A stretch of 64,000 bases of DNA from an uncultured Planctomycetota bacterium (GTDB lineage: Bacteria; Planctomycetota; Planctomycetia; Isosphaerales; Isosphaeraceae): assembly GCA_963823665.1 (NCBI GenBank), contig CAWGMQ010000011.1, positions 320,001-384,000 of the forward strand. Reading direction: 5' to 3'. Each line of letters starts with the position of its first letter. Position 1 is the first letter of the stretch. Shown here in pieces: positions 48,007-57,964 of the stretch. A program made the position numbers and the translations under genes. The notes under the pieces are model-generated. The model ran no database searches. It saw only the letters and a program-made list of their open reading frames with translations, and had not been told where the DNA came from.

Positions 48007-48571
48007 TCAGCCCCGCGACCCAAAAATCAGCGACATGAGCTCAGATCGTGTCGCGGGTTTTTCGCGGAACGCCCCGCGCATCGCGCTGGTCACAAACGTG
48101 CTATCCGGCTTCGAGACCCCGCGAATTGTCATGCAACTGTGGCTGGCCTCGATCACCACGGCGACTCCGCGTGCATCGAGCTCGCGCATCAACAGGTCCG
48201 CGAGCTTCCTCGGTCAATCGCTCCTGCATTTGCGGGCGCCTCGCCAGCACGTCCACGACTCGCGGGATTTTCGAGAGCCCGATCAGCTTACCGTTGGGGA
48301 TGTAGGCCACGTGTGCCTTGCCGACCACCGGCAGCAGGTGGTGCTCGCAAAAACTTACGAGCCGGATGTCCTTCACCAGCAGGATCTCATCATATTTCTG
48401 CGTGAACAGCTTCTTGAGATGCCCGCGCGGATCGCGATGAAGCCCGTCGAAGACCTCGGCATACATCCGCGCGACCCGATCCGGCGTCTCCCGCAGACCC
48501 TCGCGCTCGGGGTCTTCGCCCACCGCCAGCAAGATTTCCCGCACCGCGCGGCGAATGCGGTCCAGATCCAT
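48007..48571 (-). CDS. folE: GTP cyclohydrolase I (one indel at ~48206)
   Basis: [46 protein letters not shown]; the other frame continues [29 protein letters not shown]. Confidence 0.93.
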
Positions 48572-48888
48572 CGACTGCTCTTTCCCAGCCAATTCATAAC
48601 CCCCGAACGCGTGCTGTCATTGCCCTGCTGCCTGCGGGAAAGCCCGCCACCATTCTGAAGGTTGGCCGAGTGTGGCCGCAGATCGCGTCATTCAATGTAA
48701 GTTTAAGCCAATTAGGCAGTTCCGAAAAGAAAGTTATGTATTCTAGGCACGGCACAGTCGAAAATCAACCGAGCGCTGGCTGATGGGAATGGGTTGTCGG
48801 CCATTGACCAGCGCCATCCTGGGTGTTGGAATTCCGGCTTGCGTGGCCATATTCGGGTGACGACTTGGCTGAACGATTGGTGCTGGTG

Positions 48889-49246
48889 ATGAAGTTCGAG
48901 CTCGATTGTAAATGTGGCAGGCGAGTCGGCGTGCTTGCTTCGGCCGCGGGCACCGAGGTCGCCTGCAAATGTGGTAATGTTCCTTGCGTTGTTGATCAAT
49001 CCGCTCATATTTCTGATCATGCGAAACCGGGAAAAAGACGCGGTCGGCCGCGACACCGTTGTCGACGTTCCGCTGCGCATGTGCCAGGAACACCGCGGGT
49101 CGCTCACGCGGTCTGGCCAGCGGAAACTGAGGCGTTTGCTCGTCTCCGTTCCGGTCTATCAGAAGCTCTTGACCGCGTACCCGTGCGCACGGATCAACGT
49201 GAGCAAGCTCGCGGCCGGCACGGTCGATGATGACAATTCTCGCTGA
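48889..49246 (+). pseudogene. Small Cys-motif membrane protein, frame-disrupted and probably internally deleted
   Basis: MKFELDCKCG...VACKCG in one frame; hydrophobic MFLALLINPLIFL...GRDTVVDVPLRMCQEH...VPVYQKLLTAYP in another, joined at ~48975. Confidence 0.45.
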
Positions 49247-49272
49247 CAACGACAGCGGTCTGCGTCACGCAC

Positions 49273-50877
49273 CTAACGGGCCTTTTCCAGCGTCAGAAAC
49301 GCAACCCGCTCATTCGCGAAATCCAGAACCACGCGGAACGGCTTGAGGAAGTCGACCCCGATGTTTCCGTCGAGGTATTCGTCGCCGAAGATGCCCGTCT
49401 TGTCCGTTGCGAAGACCACCGCGGGGTTTTTGAACCGGTGGCCCGCCAGCTCGAACCAGGCAATCGTGCCCGTCGCGGTATCGCTCGACCCGATCATCCC
49501 CGTGCCGAGCTTCCGGCCTCGGAGGAGACGCTTTTCCTGCACGGTCTGCGCGTGGAACACAACGTTGCCCACGCCCCGGGGCCCGCTGGCGCCTAAGTCT
49601 AGTCTGAAGAGGCCCTTCTTGTTGCCCTCAAAGGTTGCCGAGATGACCGGCGCCGTTTGATGAAAGATCAGCGGCTTCCAGGACGGCGATTCAAGGTGGT
49701 GGCTCTTCGGGTCGTACAACTTGACCGACTCGTCATCGAGCGCGATCTCGGCCACACACCGCGCCAGCACATCGTAGCCGGCGATTCCGACGACGTCCTT
49801 CCCCATCGCATTCTGGATGTTGACCATGTTCATCGTCACGAATAACGGCCGTTCGGTCGTCATCGGCCCGAGCGTGAGCGACCTGGCCCGGAAGATCGAG
49901 CTTGGCTCGTTGCCCATGACGCTCGTGACGATTGACGAGCCCAACCGCTCGAGCTTCAAGTTCGCGGCGACCGAGGCATCGATCACATTGCTGCCCGCGC
50001 ATGTGTCAAAAATGAACCACCCGGTCTCCTGGCCGTCGATTCTGGGCCGGACCAGAATGTGGCCCGTCATGGCGCGTTTGACGGACAGGCCGGAACGCGC
50101 GGCTGCGTCGAATCGCGTGTCATCGGGGCGGGCCGCCATATCGTAAACGCTTGCCTGCGCGGTTGGCGCGGGGCGAATCGACCCGACGCGGTAGATCTCC
50201 GTGTCTCCCGCCAGCGTCACCGTCACCGTTCCCGGCACCTTCAGGCCACCGAAGTCGCGGTAATCGGCGAACGCCCAGGTCTCCGCGCCCGAGATGCTCC
50301 CGCAATTCAAAGACTTCGGCAGCCACGTTTCGCGCGAAACGCGAAGCTCGACCTTGAACCGGCCTTGCTTGACGTCGATCGCCATCTCGTCACGACTGGG
50401 TCTCACCCTGGAGGACGCGAGCGCCTCACCATCGGCGCGTGCGAGCCACTGGCCGGTTTGCAACTCGACCAGGAGGCGGTTTCGATCGAGGTCGCGGAGC
50501 TGGAGCCGCATTGGCATGTTACTCAGATCGGTCGACCAGCACTCCTTACCGTTGAATCCTACTTTGCTCGGCAGCGGCCCTTCGACGCTCTGAAGGAACA
50601 TCCCCGCGGATGCGAACCGCAGCGAATAATCAGACGTCAACCCGTTGCGCTGCACCTTCCCCTCGATCAGGATCTCCGCCGGCCGGCCCGCAGGCTTGGC
50701 CGTACCTGCCGCCGTGCGCATTTTTTCAAGGATCGCCGCGGCGCCCTCGGCCTTGCCCTTCGCCTTGACCTGAGCACGAGCCGGAGGCTCGAAGGCGAGA
50801 CACGTCACGATGACGGAAACACCGGCGGCCGACACGACGCAACCGCGGAACGCCGGACACCGATCGCGCGATAGCAT
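49273..50877 (-). CDS. Secreted retropepsin-like aspartyl protease family protein with two protease-like domains
   Basis: Signal peptide ending ARA|Q; GHILVRPRIDG...FIFDTCAG...GIAGYDVL; second domain FRLDLGAS...DGNIGVDFLKPFRVVLDF. Confidence 0.75.
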   Translation of the reverse strand: MLSRDRCPAFRGCVVSAAGVSVIVTCLAFEPPARAQVKAKGKAEGAAAILEKMRTAAGTAKPAGRPAEILIEGKVQRNGLTSDYSLRFASAGMFLQSVEGPLPSKVGFNGKECWSTDLSNMPMRLQLRDLDRNRLLVELQTGQWLARADGEALASSRVRPSRDEMAIDVKQGRFKVELRVSRETWLPKSLNCGSISGAETWAFADYRDFGGLKVPGTVTVTLAGDTEIYRVGSIRPAPTAQASVYDMAARPDDTRFDAAARSGLSVKRAMTGHILVRPRIDGQETGWFIFDTCAGSNVIDASVAANLKLERLGSSIVTSVMGNEPSSIFRARSLTLGPMTTERPLFVTMNMVNIQNAMGKDVVGIAGYDVLARCVAEIALDDESVKLYDPKSHHLESPSWKPLIFHQTAPVISATFEGNKKGLFRLDLGASGPRGVGNVVFHAQTVQEKRLLRGRKLGTGMIGSSDTATGTIAWFELAGHRFKNPAVVFATDKTGIFGDEYLDGNIGVDFLKPFRVVLDFANERVAFLTLEKAR

Positions 50878-51011
50878 TTACAATGCCTCGTTGAGGTGCG
50901 AAACTCAAGTTGTGACACAATGATAGTCACGGCTCAGTGCCGACGGGCGCCGTTGGGCGGCTCGAGCCTCAAGTCGGGCGGATGGACACGACAACGTCGA
51001 CATATGGCCGT

Positions 51012-51689
51012 CTATCGAGTCGATCTGCGGACACAAGAGCCTCGCCGCACTGGTGCACCGCGCCGCTCGAACAGCAACTTCGCCAGACTCGAGCCTCCGG
51101 CGAAACCACGGCCTCCTGTTAACAATGCCATGTGGACGGCGGCCCAGGTTTCCTCGGGTGCCTCGGGAATCGGACCAGACTGGATTGCAGGCCATTGTCC
51201 TTCGCGGGTGTAAAAGGCGTCGGCCCATCCCAGCACTTGCTCCTCCCTGAGCGGCGGATGGCGCACCATGCCGCGCTCGCGAGAAAGTAGGCGGTAGAGC
51301 GACAACTCTCCCTGCCGCACGCCGCCGGCTTTTCTCTTCAGGAAGTTATCCACGTTGAACCAGTACACACCGCCGGAATCGCTGATCAGGCCGGACGCGG
51401 AAGTTGGCCAGCGACCTGTCCGCGTGTGATGAGCATCGGCCCACGCCAGCACCTGCGGAATCGTCAGCTCCGGCACGCGCGACGAAGATCGTTTTCCCTT
51501 CCGCTCGGCGAGCAAACGAGCCAGCGACGATCCGCCCGGCAGGTCGCGCCTGCCCTGTCGAAGCGCCGCGTCGACGTGCACCCAGGTCTCGCCCGTGGCC
51601 TCCGGAATCTCACCCGACCCGCAACCGGGCCATCGCCCTTCGCGGGCGTGAAAGGCGTCGGCCCACGCCAGGATCTCTGAAACGATCAA
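51012..51689 (-). CDS. Tandem ~73-aa repeat protein, C-terminal part (repeats 7-9)
   Basis: Three ILAWADAxHxRxGRWP...SGxIPEAxGETW...AL..G.RGLPGGSSLARLL units. It begins exactly in repeat register, so it is probably continuous with the upstream ORF. Confidence 0.75.
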   Translation of the reverse strand: MIVSEILAWADAFHAREGRWPGCGSGEIPEATGETWVHVDAALRQGRRDLPGGSSLARLLAERKGKRSSSRVPELTIPQVLAWADAHHTRTGRWPTSASGLISDSGGVYWFNVDNFLKRKAGGVRQGELSLYRLLSRERGMVRHPPLREEQVLGWADAFYTREGQWPAIQSGPIPEAPEETWAAVHMALLTGGRGFAGGSSLAKLLFERRGAPVRRGSCVRRSTR

Positions 51690-53128
51690 ATTGGCGCAGC
51701 CACTTCAGGGCGTTTGCGCCGGCCGATGCCAAAGAGCTTCACGAGCGACGAACCCCCTGGCAGGCCGCGGACGCTGTGATCCAGTGCGTATTGTATTTGC
51801 CTCCAGGTGTCGCCGGGAGACTCCGGAATCGCCCCGGAGCTCACGTTCGGCCACTTGCCCGTTCGCGCCCGATGAGCCTGGGCCCAGGCCACAATACCCT
51901 GGATCGTCAACGGTGCGGCCTCCTTATGTTGGGGCTCGTCGCGATCTCGCTGCAGAAGCTGGGGTATCGTCGTACCGCCCGGCAGACCGTGCGCGCCGGA
52001 TTGCACGGCGCGACTCACCGCCTGCCACGTCTCGCCGGGAGCCTCGGGAATGCGTCCCGAGTCGGCGCTCGGCCACCGGCCGTGGCGGGCGCGATGTGCG
52101 TCTGCCCAGCGCAGGATGTCGGGGATCACGAGCGGTGGCCGATGTCCCTTGCTGTACACGCCTCGCTCCTCGGCCCAAAGGCGGACGAGGGATGATCCGG
52201 GACCAACTCCTCGACATCCGGCGACGAGCGACGCATGGATGCCGCGCCAGGTCTCGCCCGGTGCTTCGGCGATCGGACCGGAGTCGACCGTCGGCCATCG
52301 ACCCGTCCGCGCGTGATGAGCATCGGCCCATCGCAGAACTCGAGGCATCGCAAGCGGTGGCAGGTGCCCCATGCTTCTCGCTTCGCGGCGCTCGACGAGC
52401 AGCCGGGCGAGCGACGAGCCTCCGGGAAGCCCGCGGTAGCCGCCTTCAAGCGCGTTATTGAGCGCGATCCAGCTCTCGTCGGGCGTCTCGATGATTGGAC
52501 CGGACGTGACACTCGGCCATCGCCCGGTTCGCGCGTGATGGGCGTCGGCCCATTCGAGAATCTGTTCCTCGGAAAGCCGCGTATGACGAAAAACCCCGCG
52601 CTCCTCGGCCAGCAGCCGGGCGAGCGTCGATCCGCCGGGCAGCCCTCCTCGCCCAAGCTTGAGTGCGTCGTTCAGTGCAAGCCATGTGACGCCGCCGCCA
52701 CCGGGAACCGGGCCCGATGTGCCCGTCGGCCACTCCTCCTTCACCGCATGCCACTCATCAGCCCACGCCAGGATCTGCTCCAGGCTGAAATCTGGTTCTT
52801 GCAGGTGATAACGCCCTCGGTGCTCGGAAAAGAAGCGGGCAAGCGTGCCGCCAAAGGCGAAGCCGCGGCGCCCGAAGCTTAACGCAGCTTCAATCAATAA
52901 CCAAGTCTCGCCAGGGGCCTCTGGGATGGGCCCCGCTCCTGGAGTAGGCCAGTCACCTGAGCGTGCGAAGAAGGCGTCTGCCCAGCAAAGGACCTCGTTC
53001 TCATCGAGGTCAGGCGGCACGCCACGCGCCGCTTCATCTTCCGCCAGGGCGGCCCGGAGCACGCCGAACCAGCGCCTGGCGTCTCTTCCAGCTTTCATCC
53101 ACGTCACGCCGGCGCTTTGCCCGCCCAT
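51686..53128 (-). CDS. Tandem ~73-aa repeat protein, N-terminal part (repeats 1-6); putative nucleic-acid binding
   Basis: Six copies of the WAD...WP...SG.I.E.PGETW...GLPGGSSL repeat. No signal peptide. Start at 53128 or 53098. Confidence 0.8.
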   Translation of the reverse strand: MGGQSAGVTWMKAGRDARRWFGVLRAALAEDEAARGVPPDLDENEVLCWADAFFARSGDWPTPGAGPIPEAPGETWLLIEAALSFGRRGFAFGGTLARFFSEHRGRYHLQEPDFSLEQILAWADEWHAVKEEWPTGTSGPVPGGGGVTWLALNDALKLGRGGLPGGSTLARLLAEERGVFRHTRLSEEQILEWADAHHARTGRWPSVTSGPIIETPDESWIALNNALEGGYRGLPGGSSLARLLVERREARSMGHLPPLAMPRVLRWADAHHARTGRWPTVDSGPIAEAPGETWRGIHASLVAGCRGVGPGSSLVRLWAEERGVYSKGHRPPLVIPDILRWADAHRARHGRWPSADSGRIPEAPGETWQAVSRAVQSGAHGLPGGTTIPQLLQRDRDEPQHKEAAPLTIQGIVAWAQAHRARTGKWPNVSSGAIPESPGDTWRQIQYALDHSVRGLPGGSSLVKLFGIGRRKRPEVAAPI

Positions 53129-53475
53129 TGCCCGCTAAGAAAGGTCGATTGGGGTTCTTTTGAGTGTACATAGATAAGACCGCTATGCATTGTCGCGTTC
53201 CGCGCTGCGCGGCTCGGCCGACGATCGGCATTCTTAAGTATCGGCACGAGCTGTGTCGTGCCATAAATAGCGTTTTCTTTTGCCGCGACCGCACTCGATG
53301 GAGTCGCGGAACGCGTCCTGGTCGTCCGGGCGTGCGTCAACAGGATGAAGTGCAACTCGATCCCGCTTGTTCAAGAAATGTTTGACGCCGTGTTCTGCGG
53401 CCGGGGATAATTCGTGACGAGCCCACCACAGCGAGACCACCGTTGTGCGAGGCGTACGGCGGGCGAGACGAGCGG

Positions 53476-56370
53476 ATGAACGTCGAATTGATGATCGTGG
53501 CGGCGGCGGTTGGGCTTGTGCAGAGTGGCACAATCGCTTCGCCGGTCGACTATGCCCGCGAAATCAAGCCGATGCTGGCTGCCAGGTGCACGAGCTGCCA
53601 CGGGGCAGTTCGTCAGAACGCGGGTCTACGCCTGGATACGGCCGAGCTCGCCCGACGAGGCGGCAAAGGCGGGCCGGGCTTCGTGCCGGGTAAGAGCGGG
53701 GAGAGCCTGATCATTCTCCGCGTGACCGGTTCCGACGGCTTGGACCGCATGCCTCCCGAGAACGAGGGGGTTGGCCTGAGCGAACGTGAAATCGCCCTGC
53801 TCCGCTCGTGGATCGACCAGGGCGCGAAGGCGCCGCCGGAGCCGACGCCCGTCGACCCCCGCAAGCACTGGGCGTACCAGCCACCCGCTCGCGCGACGCC
53901 TCTCCGTCCGGCGGACGGAAACCGGGCCCAGAATCCGATCGATACCTTTCTCGCCGCCGGCTACCAGGCACGCGGGTTGCGGTCGAGCCCGCCTGCGCGC
54001 AAGGATCTCTGGCTCAGGCGCCTTTACCTCGATTTGATCGGATTGCCGCCGACCCAAGAAGCACTCCAGGCTTTTCTGGCTGATTGCTCGTCCGATGCGC
54101 AGACCAGGGTCGTCGACCGCCTTCTTGCCGACCCTCGCCACGGCCAGCGCTGGGGTCGGCACTGGATGGACGTCTGGCGGTACAGCGACTGGTACGGGCT
54201 CGGAGACGAGATTCGGTACAGCCATCCTCATATCTGGCGATGGCGTGATTGGATCGTCGCGGCCCTCAATGGCAATAAGGGTTACGACCGGATGATCGAG
54301 GAGATGCTGGCTGGCGACGAGCTCGCCCCCGACGACCCGGCCACGGTTGGTGCGACCGGCTACCTCGTGCGGAACTGGGACATCTTTAACCGGAACGCCT
54401 GGCTGGCAAGCACCGTCGAGCACACCGCGCGTGCCTTCCTCGGCGTGACGATCCAGTGCGCCCGCTGCCACGACCACAAGTATGACCCGATCTCGCAGGC
54501 GGACTACTACCGCTTCCGAGCTTTCTTCGAGCCGTACCACATTCGCATCGATCGTGTTCCGGGTGAGCCCGACCGCACCAAGGCCGGCCTTTCGCGAGCG
54601 TTTGACGACTTCCTCGACACCCCCACGCATCTCTTCGTCCGCGGCGATGAGGCCGCTCCCGACAAGACCCGGGCGCTCCGTCCCGCAACCCCGCAGGTCC
54701 TGGGCGGCGAGCTCAAGATCGTGCCTGTTCTGCTCTCAACCAGCGTCACCTGCCCCGACAAGCGCGATTTCGTCGTGCGTGAAGCGACCGACGCCGCAGA
54801 AAAGGCCGTAGCCCAGGCCCGCGCACTTGCCGCCGCAGCCCGAAGCCGCGCGGAGCTTGCGGCGCGGGCGGCCAACGCGGCCATCGCAGCCGATAAGATG
54901 GCAGATACGAAGTTGAATGCCGCTGCGGGCACACCCGAGGCGCTGAAAACCGCCCAGGCCGCGGCCGCCGGGCAGATCGAGGCGCTCGCGACCGCGCAGC
55001 GGGCGGCCCGGATCGCCCGGGAAGACCGGGAGGTCGCGGAGAAGGCCGTGGCTGCGGCCGAAGCCAAACAATCCGCTTTAAGAGCGGTCTTGTACGCCGA
55101 GTGGCTTGAAGACCGGGGAGCCCGGCGCAGCGGCTCCGAGGCCTGGACTGCCGCGGCCCGCACGGCGCTGGCCGCCCAGCGCCGACTCGCGCAGGTTGAA
55201 GCTTCCTTCAAGGGCCTCGCCGCCTCGAGAGACCTCGAGCGTGCCCGGCAGGGTCTCGACGGCCTGCTCGCCGCCGGCGCAGGGCAGAAAGGCGACCCGC
55301 TCAAGGACGCCCGGGCGAAGGCCGCGGCCGCGGTCGTCGAGGCGCGCGGCCGATTTGCCGCGGCGGACCGGGAATCTGCCCTGGCGCAGGCGGCCGCGAA
55401 GGCACCGCTCACCACCGAGTACACGCCGCGCCCGCTCGAATTCCCGCGCGCCAAGACGACCTATCGCGACACACCGAGCAACGCGCCTTACAAGAATGTG
55501 AGCACCGGCCGGCGGCTTGCGCTGGCTCGGTGGATCGTCGACCGCCGGAACCCCTTGACGGCCCGGGTTGCCGTGAATCACGTCTGGGCTCGCCATTTCG
55601 GCGAGCCGCTGGTCGATTCCATGTACGACTTCGGCCTCCGGTCGCCGCGGCCTCTCCATCACGCGCTCCTGGACTGGCTGGCAGTCGAATTCATGGAGAA
55701 CGGCTGGAGCTTCAAGCACCTGCACCGGCTCATCCTCACTTCGCAGGCGTACCGGATGCGCAGCTCCGATTCCGGCGCCGGCGATCCCAACGTCGCCCTT
55801 GACCCCGACAACCGGTACTTCTGGCGAATGAATGTTCAGCGGATGGAGGGCGAGGTCGTTCGCGACAGCGTGCTTTGCCTGGCCGGCCGCCTCGACACCC
55901 GGATCGGCGGGCCCGAGGCGCCGGTGGCCGCCGCCGAGGCAGGCACCCGCCGGACCATCTACTACCGCTATGCCAGCGGCGATAACGTTCCGCTACTCAG
56001 TATGTTCGACGCCGCGAACGTGACGGAATGCTACCGCCGGTACGAGACAATCGTGCCGCAGCAGGCGCTGGCGCTCTCGAACAGCGCGATGGTCTTGACC
56101 GGCGCGGGCGAGATCGCGGCGGCAACGACGCGCGAGGTCGGCGCGGGCGCCTCCGCGCGAGCTTCGTTCGTGGACTCAGCGTTCGTGCGCATTCTCGGTC
56201 GGAGCCCGAGCGCCGCCGAGCAAGCGGAAGCCTGCGCAGGTCTCGCGCGGCTGGCCGAGGCGTTTGAGTCGGAGCCGAAGCAAAACCACGGTCCGGCGCC
56301 GGAGGCCCGCGCTCGCGCAGCGCTCGTGCACGTACTCTTGAATCATAACGATTTTGTCACGATCCGATGA
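53476..56370 (+). CDS. Planctomycete cytochrome c + DUF1549 (PSCyt2) + DUF1553 (PSD1) protein
   Basis: [107 protein letters not shown] at 53476 preferred over GTG 53443. Confidence 0.92.
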   Translation: MNVELMIVAAAVGLVQSGTIASPVDYAREIKPMLAARCTSCHGAVRQNAGLRLDTAELARRGGKGGPGFVPGKSGESLIILRVTGSDGLDRMPPENEGVGLSEREIALLRSWIDQGAKAPPEPTPVDPRKHWAYQPPARATPLRPADGNRAQNPIDTFLAAGYQARGLRSSPPARKDLWLRRLYLDLIGLPPTQEALQAFLADCSSDAQTRVVDRLLADPRHGQRWGRHWMDVWRYSDWYGLGDEIRYSHPHIWRWRDWIVAALNGNKGYDRMIEEMLAGDELAPDDPATVGATGYLVRNWDIFNRNAWLASTVEHTARAFLGVTIQCARCHDHKYDPISQADYYRFRAFFEPYHIRIDRVPGEPDRTKAGLSRAFDDFLDTPTHLFVRGDEAAPDKTRALRPATPQVLGGELKIVPVLLSTSVTCPDKRDFVVREATDAAEKAVAQARALAAAARSRAELAARAANAAIAADKMADTKLNAAAGTPEALKTAQAAAAGQIEALATAQRAARIAREDREVAEKAVAAAEAKQSALRAVLYAEWLEDRGARRSGSEAWTAAARTALAAQRRLAQVEASFKGLAASRDLERARQGLDGLLAAGAGQKGDPLKDARAKAAAAVVEARGRFAAADRESALAQAAAKAPLTTEYTPRPLEFPRAKTTYRDTPSNAPYKNVSTGRRLALARWIVDRRNPLTARVAVNHVWARHFGEPLVDSMYDFGLRSPRPLHHALLDWLAVEFMENGWSFKHLHRLILTSQAYRMRSSDSGAGDPNVALDPDNRYFWRMNVQRMEGEVVRDSVLCLAGRLDTRIGGPEAPVAAAEAGTRRTIYYRYASGDNVPLLSMFDAANVTECYRRYETIVPQQALALSNSAMVLTGAGEIAAATTREVGAGASARASFVDSAFVRILGRSPSAAEQAEACAGLARLAEAFESEPKQNHGPAPEARARAALVHVLLNHNDFVTIR

Positions 56371-57864
56371 ATCGAGCCATTGCCATGAACGAGCACCAAA
56401 CCGACCGCGCCTGTTGCAAGCGCACGCGGCGGGTTTTCCTGGCCGATGCCGGAATGGGGTTCGTGGGCCTGGCGCTGGGCGCGATGCTCCACCGAGACGG
56501 CGCGGCTGCTGCGCAGAGCCAGGAGAGCTGGGTGCCGCCCAGCGGAAAGCCGCATTTCCCGCCGCGAGCGAATCGTGTGATCTGGCTGATGATGCGCGGC
56601 GGTGTGAGCCACCTCGAGAGCTTCGACCCCAAGCCGGAACTGACCAGGCACGCCGGCAAGACGATCAGTGATAGCCCCCACAACGCGGCAGTCTTCGGCT
56701 CGCCTTTTCTCAAGAACGTGCGCGAGCAAGTTGCGAACAACATCATCGACAAGACGAAGGCGACGATCTACCCCACCCAGATCGGCTTCAAGAGAGGGGG
56801 CCAAAGTGGGATCGAGGTGAGCGACTGGTGGCCGAACGTGCGAGGCTGCGTCGACGATATCGCGGTGATTCGCTCGATGTTCACGACCGACAACAATCAC
56901 GGTGCGCAGCTTGAGTTCTTCACCGGCCGCCATTTGCTCGACGGCTGCCATCCGACGATCGGTGCGTGGGTTCATTACGGGCTGGGCTCGCTCTGCGATG
57001 ACCTGCCGCAATTCATCTCGATGGGCCCGCCGCTGGAATACCAGTGCTCAGGAGCCACCGACGCCAATTATCTGGGCCCGGAAAACGCGGGCGTGACCCT
57101 CAAAGTCGACCCAGCCGATCCCCTGCCCTTCGCCCGGCCCGGTTTGCCGCTGGGACAGACAGAACCGGCGCTCAAGGCCGAGCTGCTCGGGCGGCTCAAC
57201 CGGCTCGCGGCACTCGAGTATCCATCGGACGAGAAGCTCCGCGCCCGGATCAAATCGTACGAGCTGGCCTTCCGCATGCAAACGGCCGTGCCCGAAGTTC
57301 TGAGGTTCGCGGAGGAAGACAGATCGACCTCGGCCCTCTACGGCCTCGACCAGGACGTTACCCGGCCTTTTGGCCAGCAGTTGCTGGCGGCCCGGCGGTT
57401 CGCGGAGCGCGGGGTGCGCTTCATTCAGGTGTTTCACGGCGAGGGCGCCGCCGGCGCGTGGGACGCTCACTCGGGCCTCCGCGCCAATCACTCGAGCCTC
57501 TGTGCCCAGGTCGACAAGCCGATTGCGGGCCTTCTGACCGACTTGAAGCGGCGGGGGATGCTTGACGACACGGTCGTCGTCTGGACCACGGAATTCGGCC
57601 GTACCCCCTGCGCAAGGCGCTGACGGCCGCGACCACCACAACTACGGCTTCTCAATCTGGATGGCCGGCGGCGGCGTGCGCGGGGGGATCGTTCACGGCG
57701 CGACCGACGAGATCGGCTTCCACGCCGTGGAGCACCGCCATTACGTCACCGACATTCACGCCACGATTCTTCACCTGCTGGGGCTCGACTCGCACCGCCT
57801 GGAAATCCCCGGCCGGAAGCGACTGGCGGTCGAGCATGGATCGCCGATCCCGGAAATCCTTTGA
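56367..57864 (+). CDS. DUF1501 domain protein with a Tat-like signal (indel at ~57612)
   Basis: [51 protein letters not shown]; continues in another frame with QGADGRDHH...GATDEIG...[11 protein letters not shown]. Coupled to the upstream PSD1 gene. Confidence 0.92.
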
Positions 57865-57964
57865 ATTGCACACCAGGCGACTGGCGCGATATGATGAACG
57901 ATGCTCCCTCGTCAAGAATCGGTCGATTGGCTCGGGACGCAAGGTTGGTGGAGCACCGCTCGTT

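Noticed and set aside
48007..48592. folE, the DUF1501 gene and the oxidoreductase as pseudogenes
   Set aside because: Family motifs are recognisable on both sides of isolated small indels and no in-frame stops were seen, so sequencing error is the simpler explanation.
53248..53263. Sigma-54 promoter (TGGCACG on the minus strand)
   Set aside because: The -12 GC is displaced by one base and the TT is missing, and sigma-54 spacing is strict.
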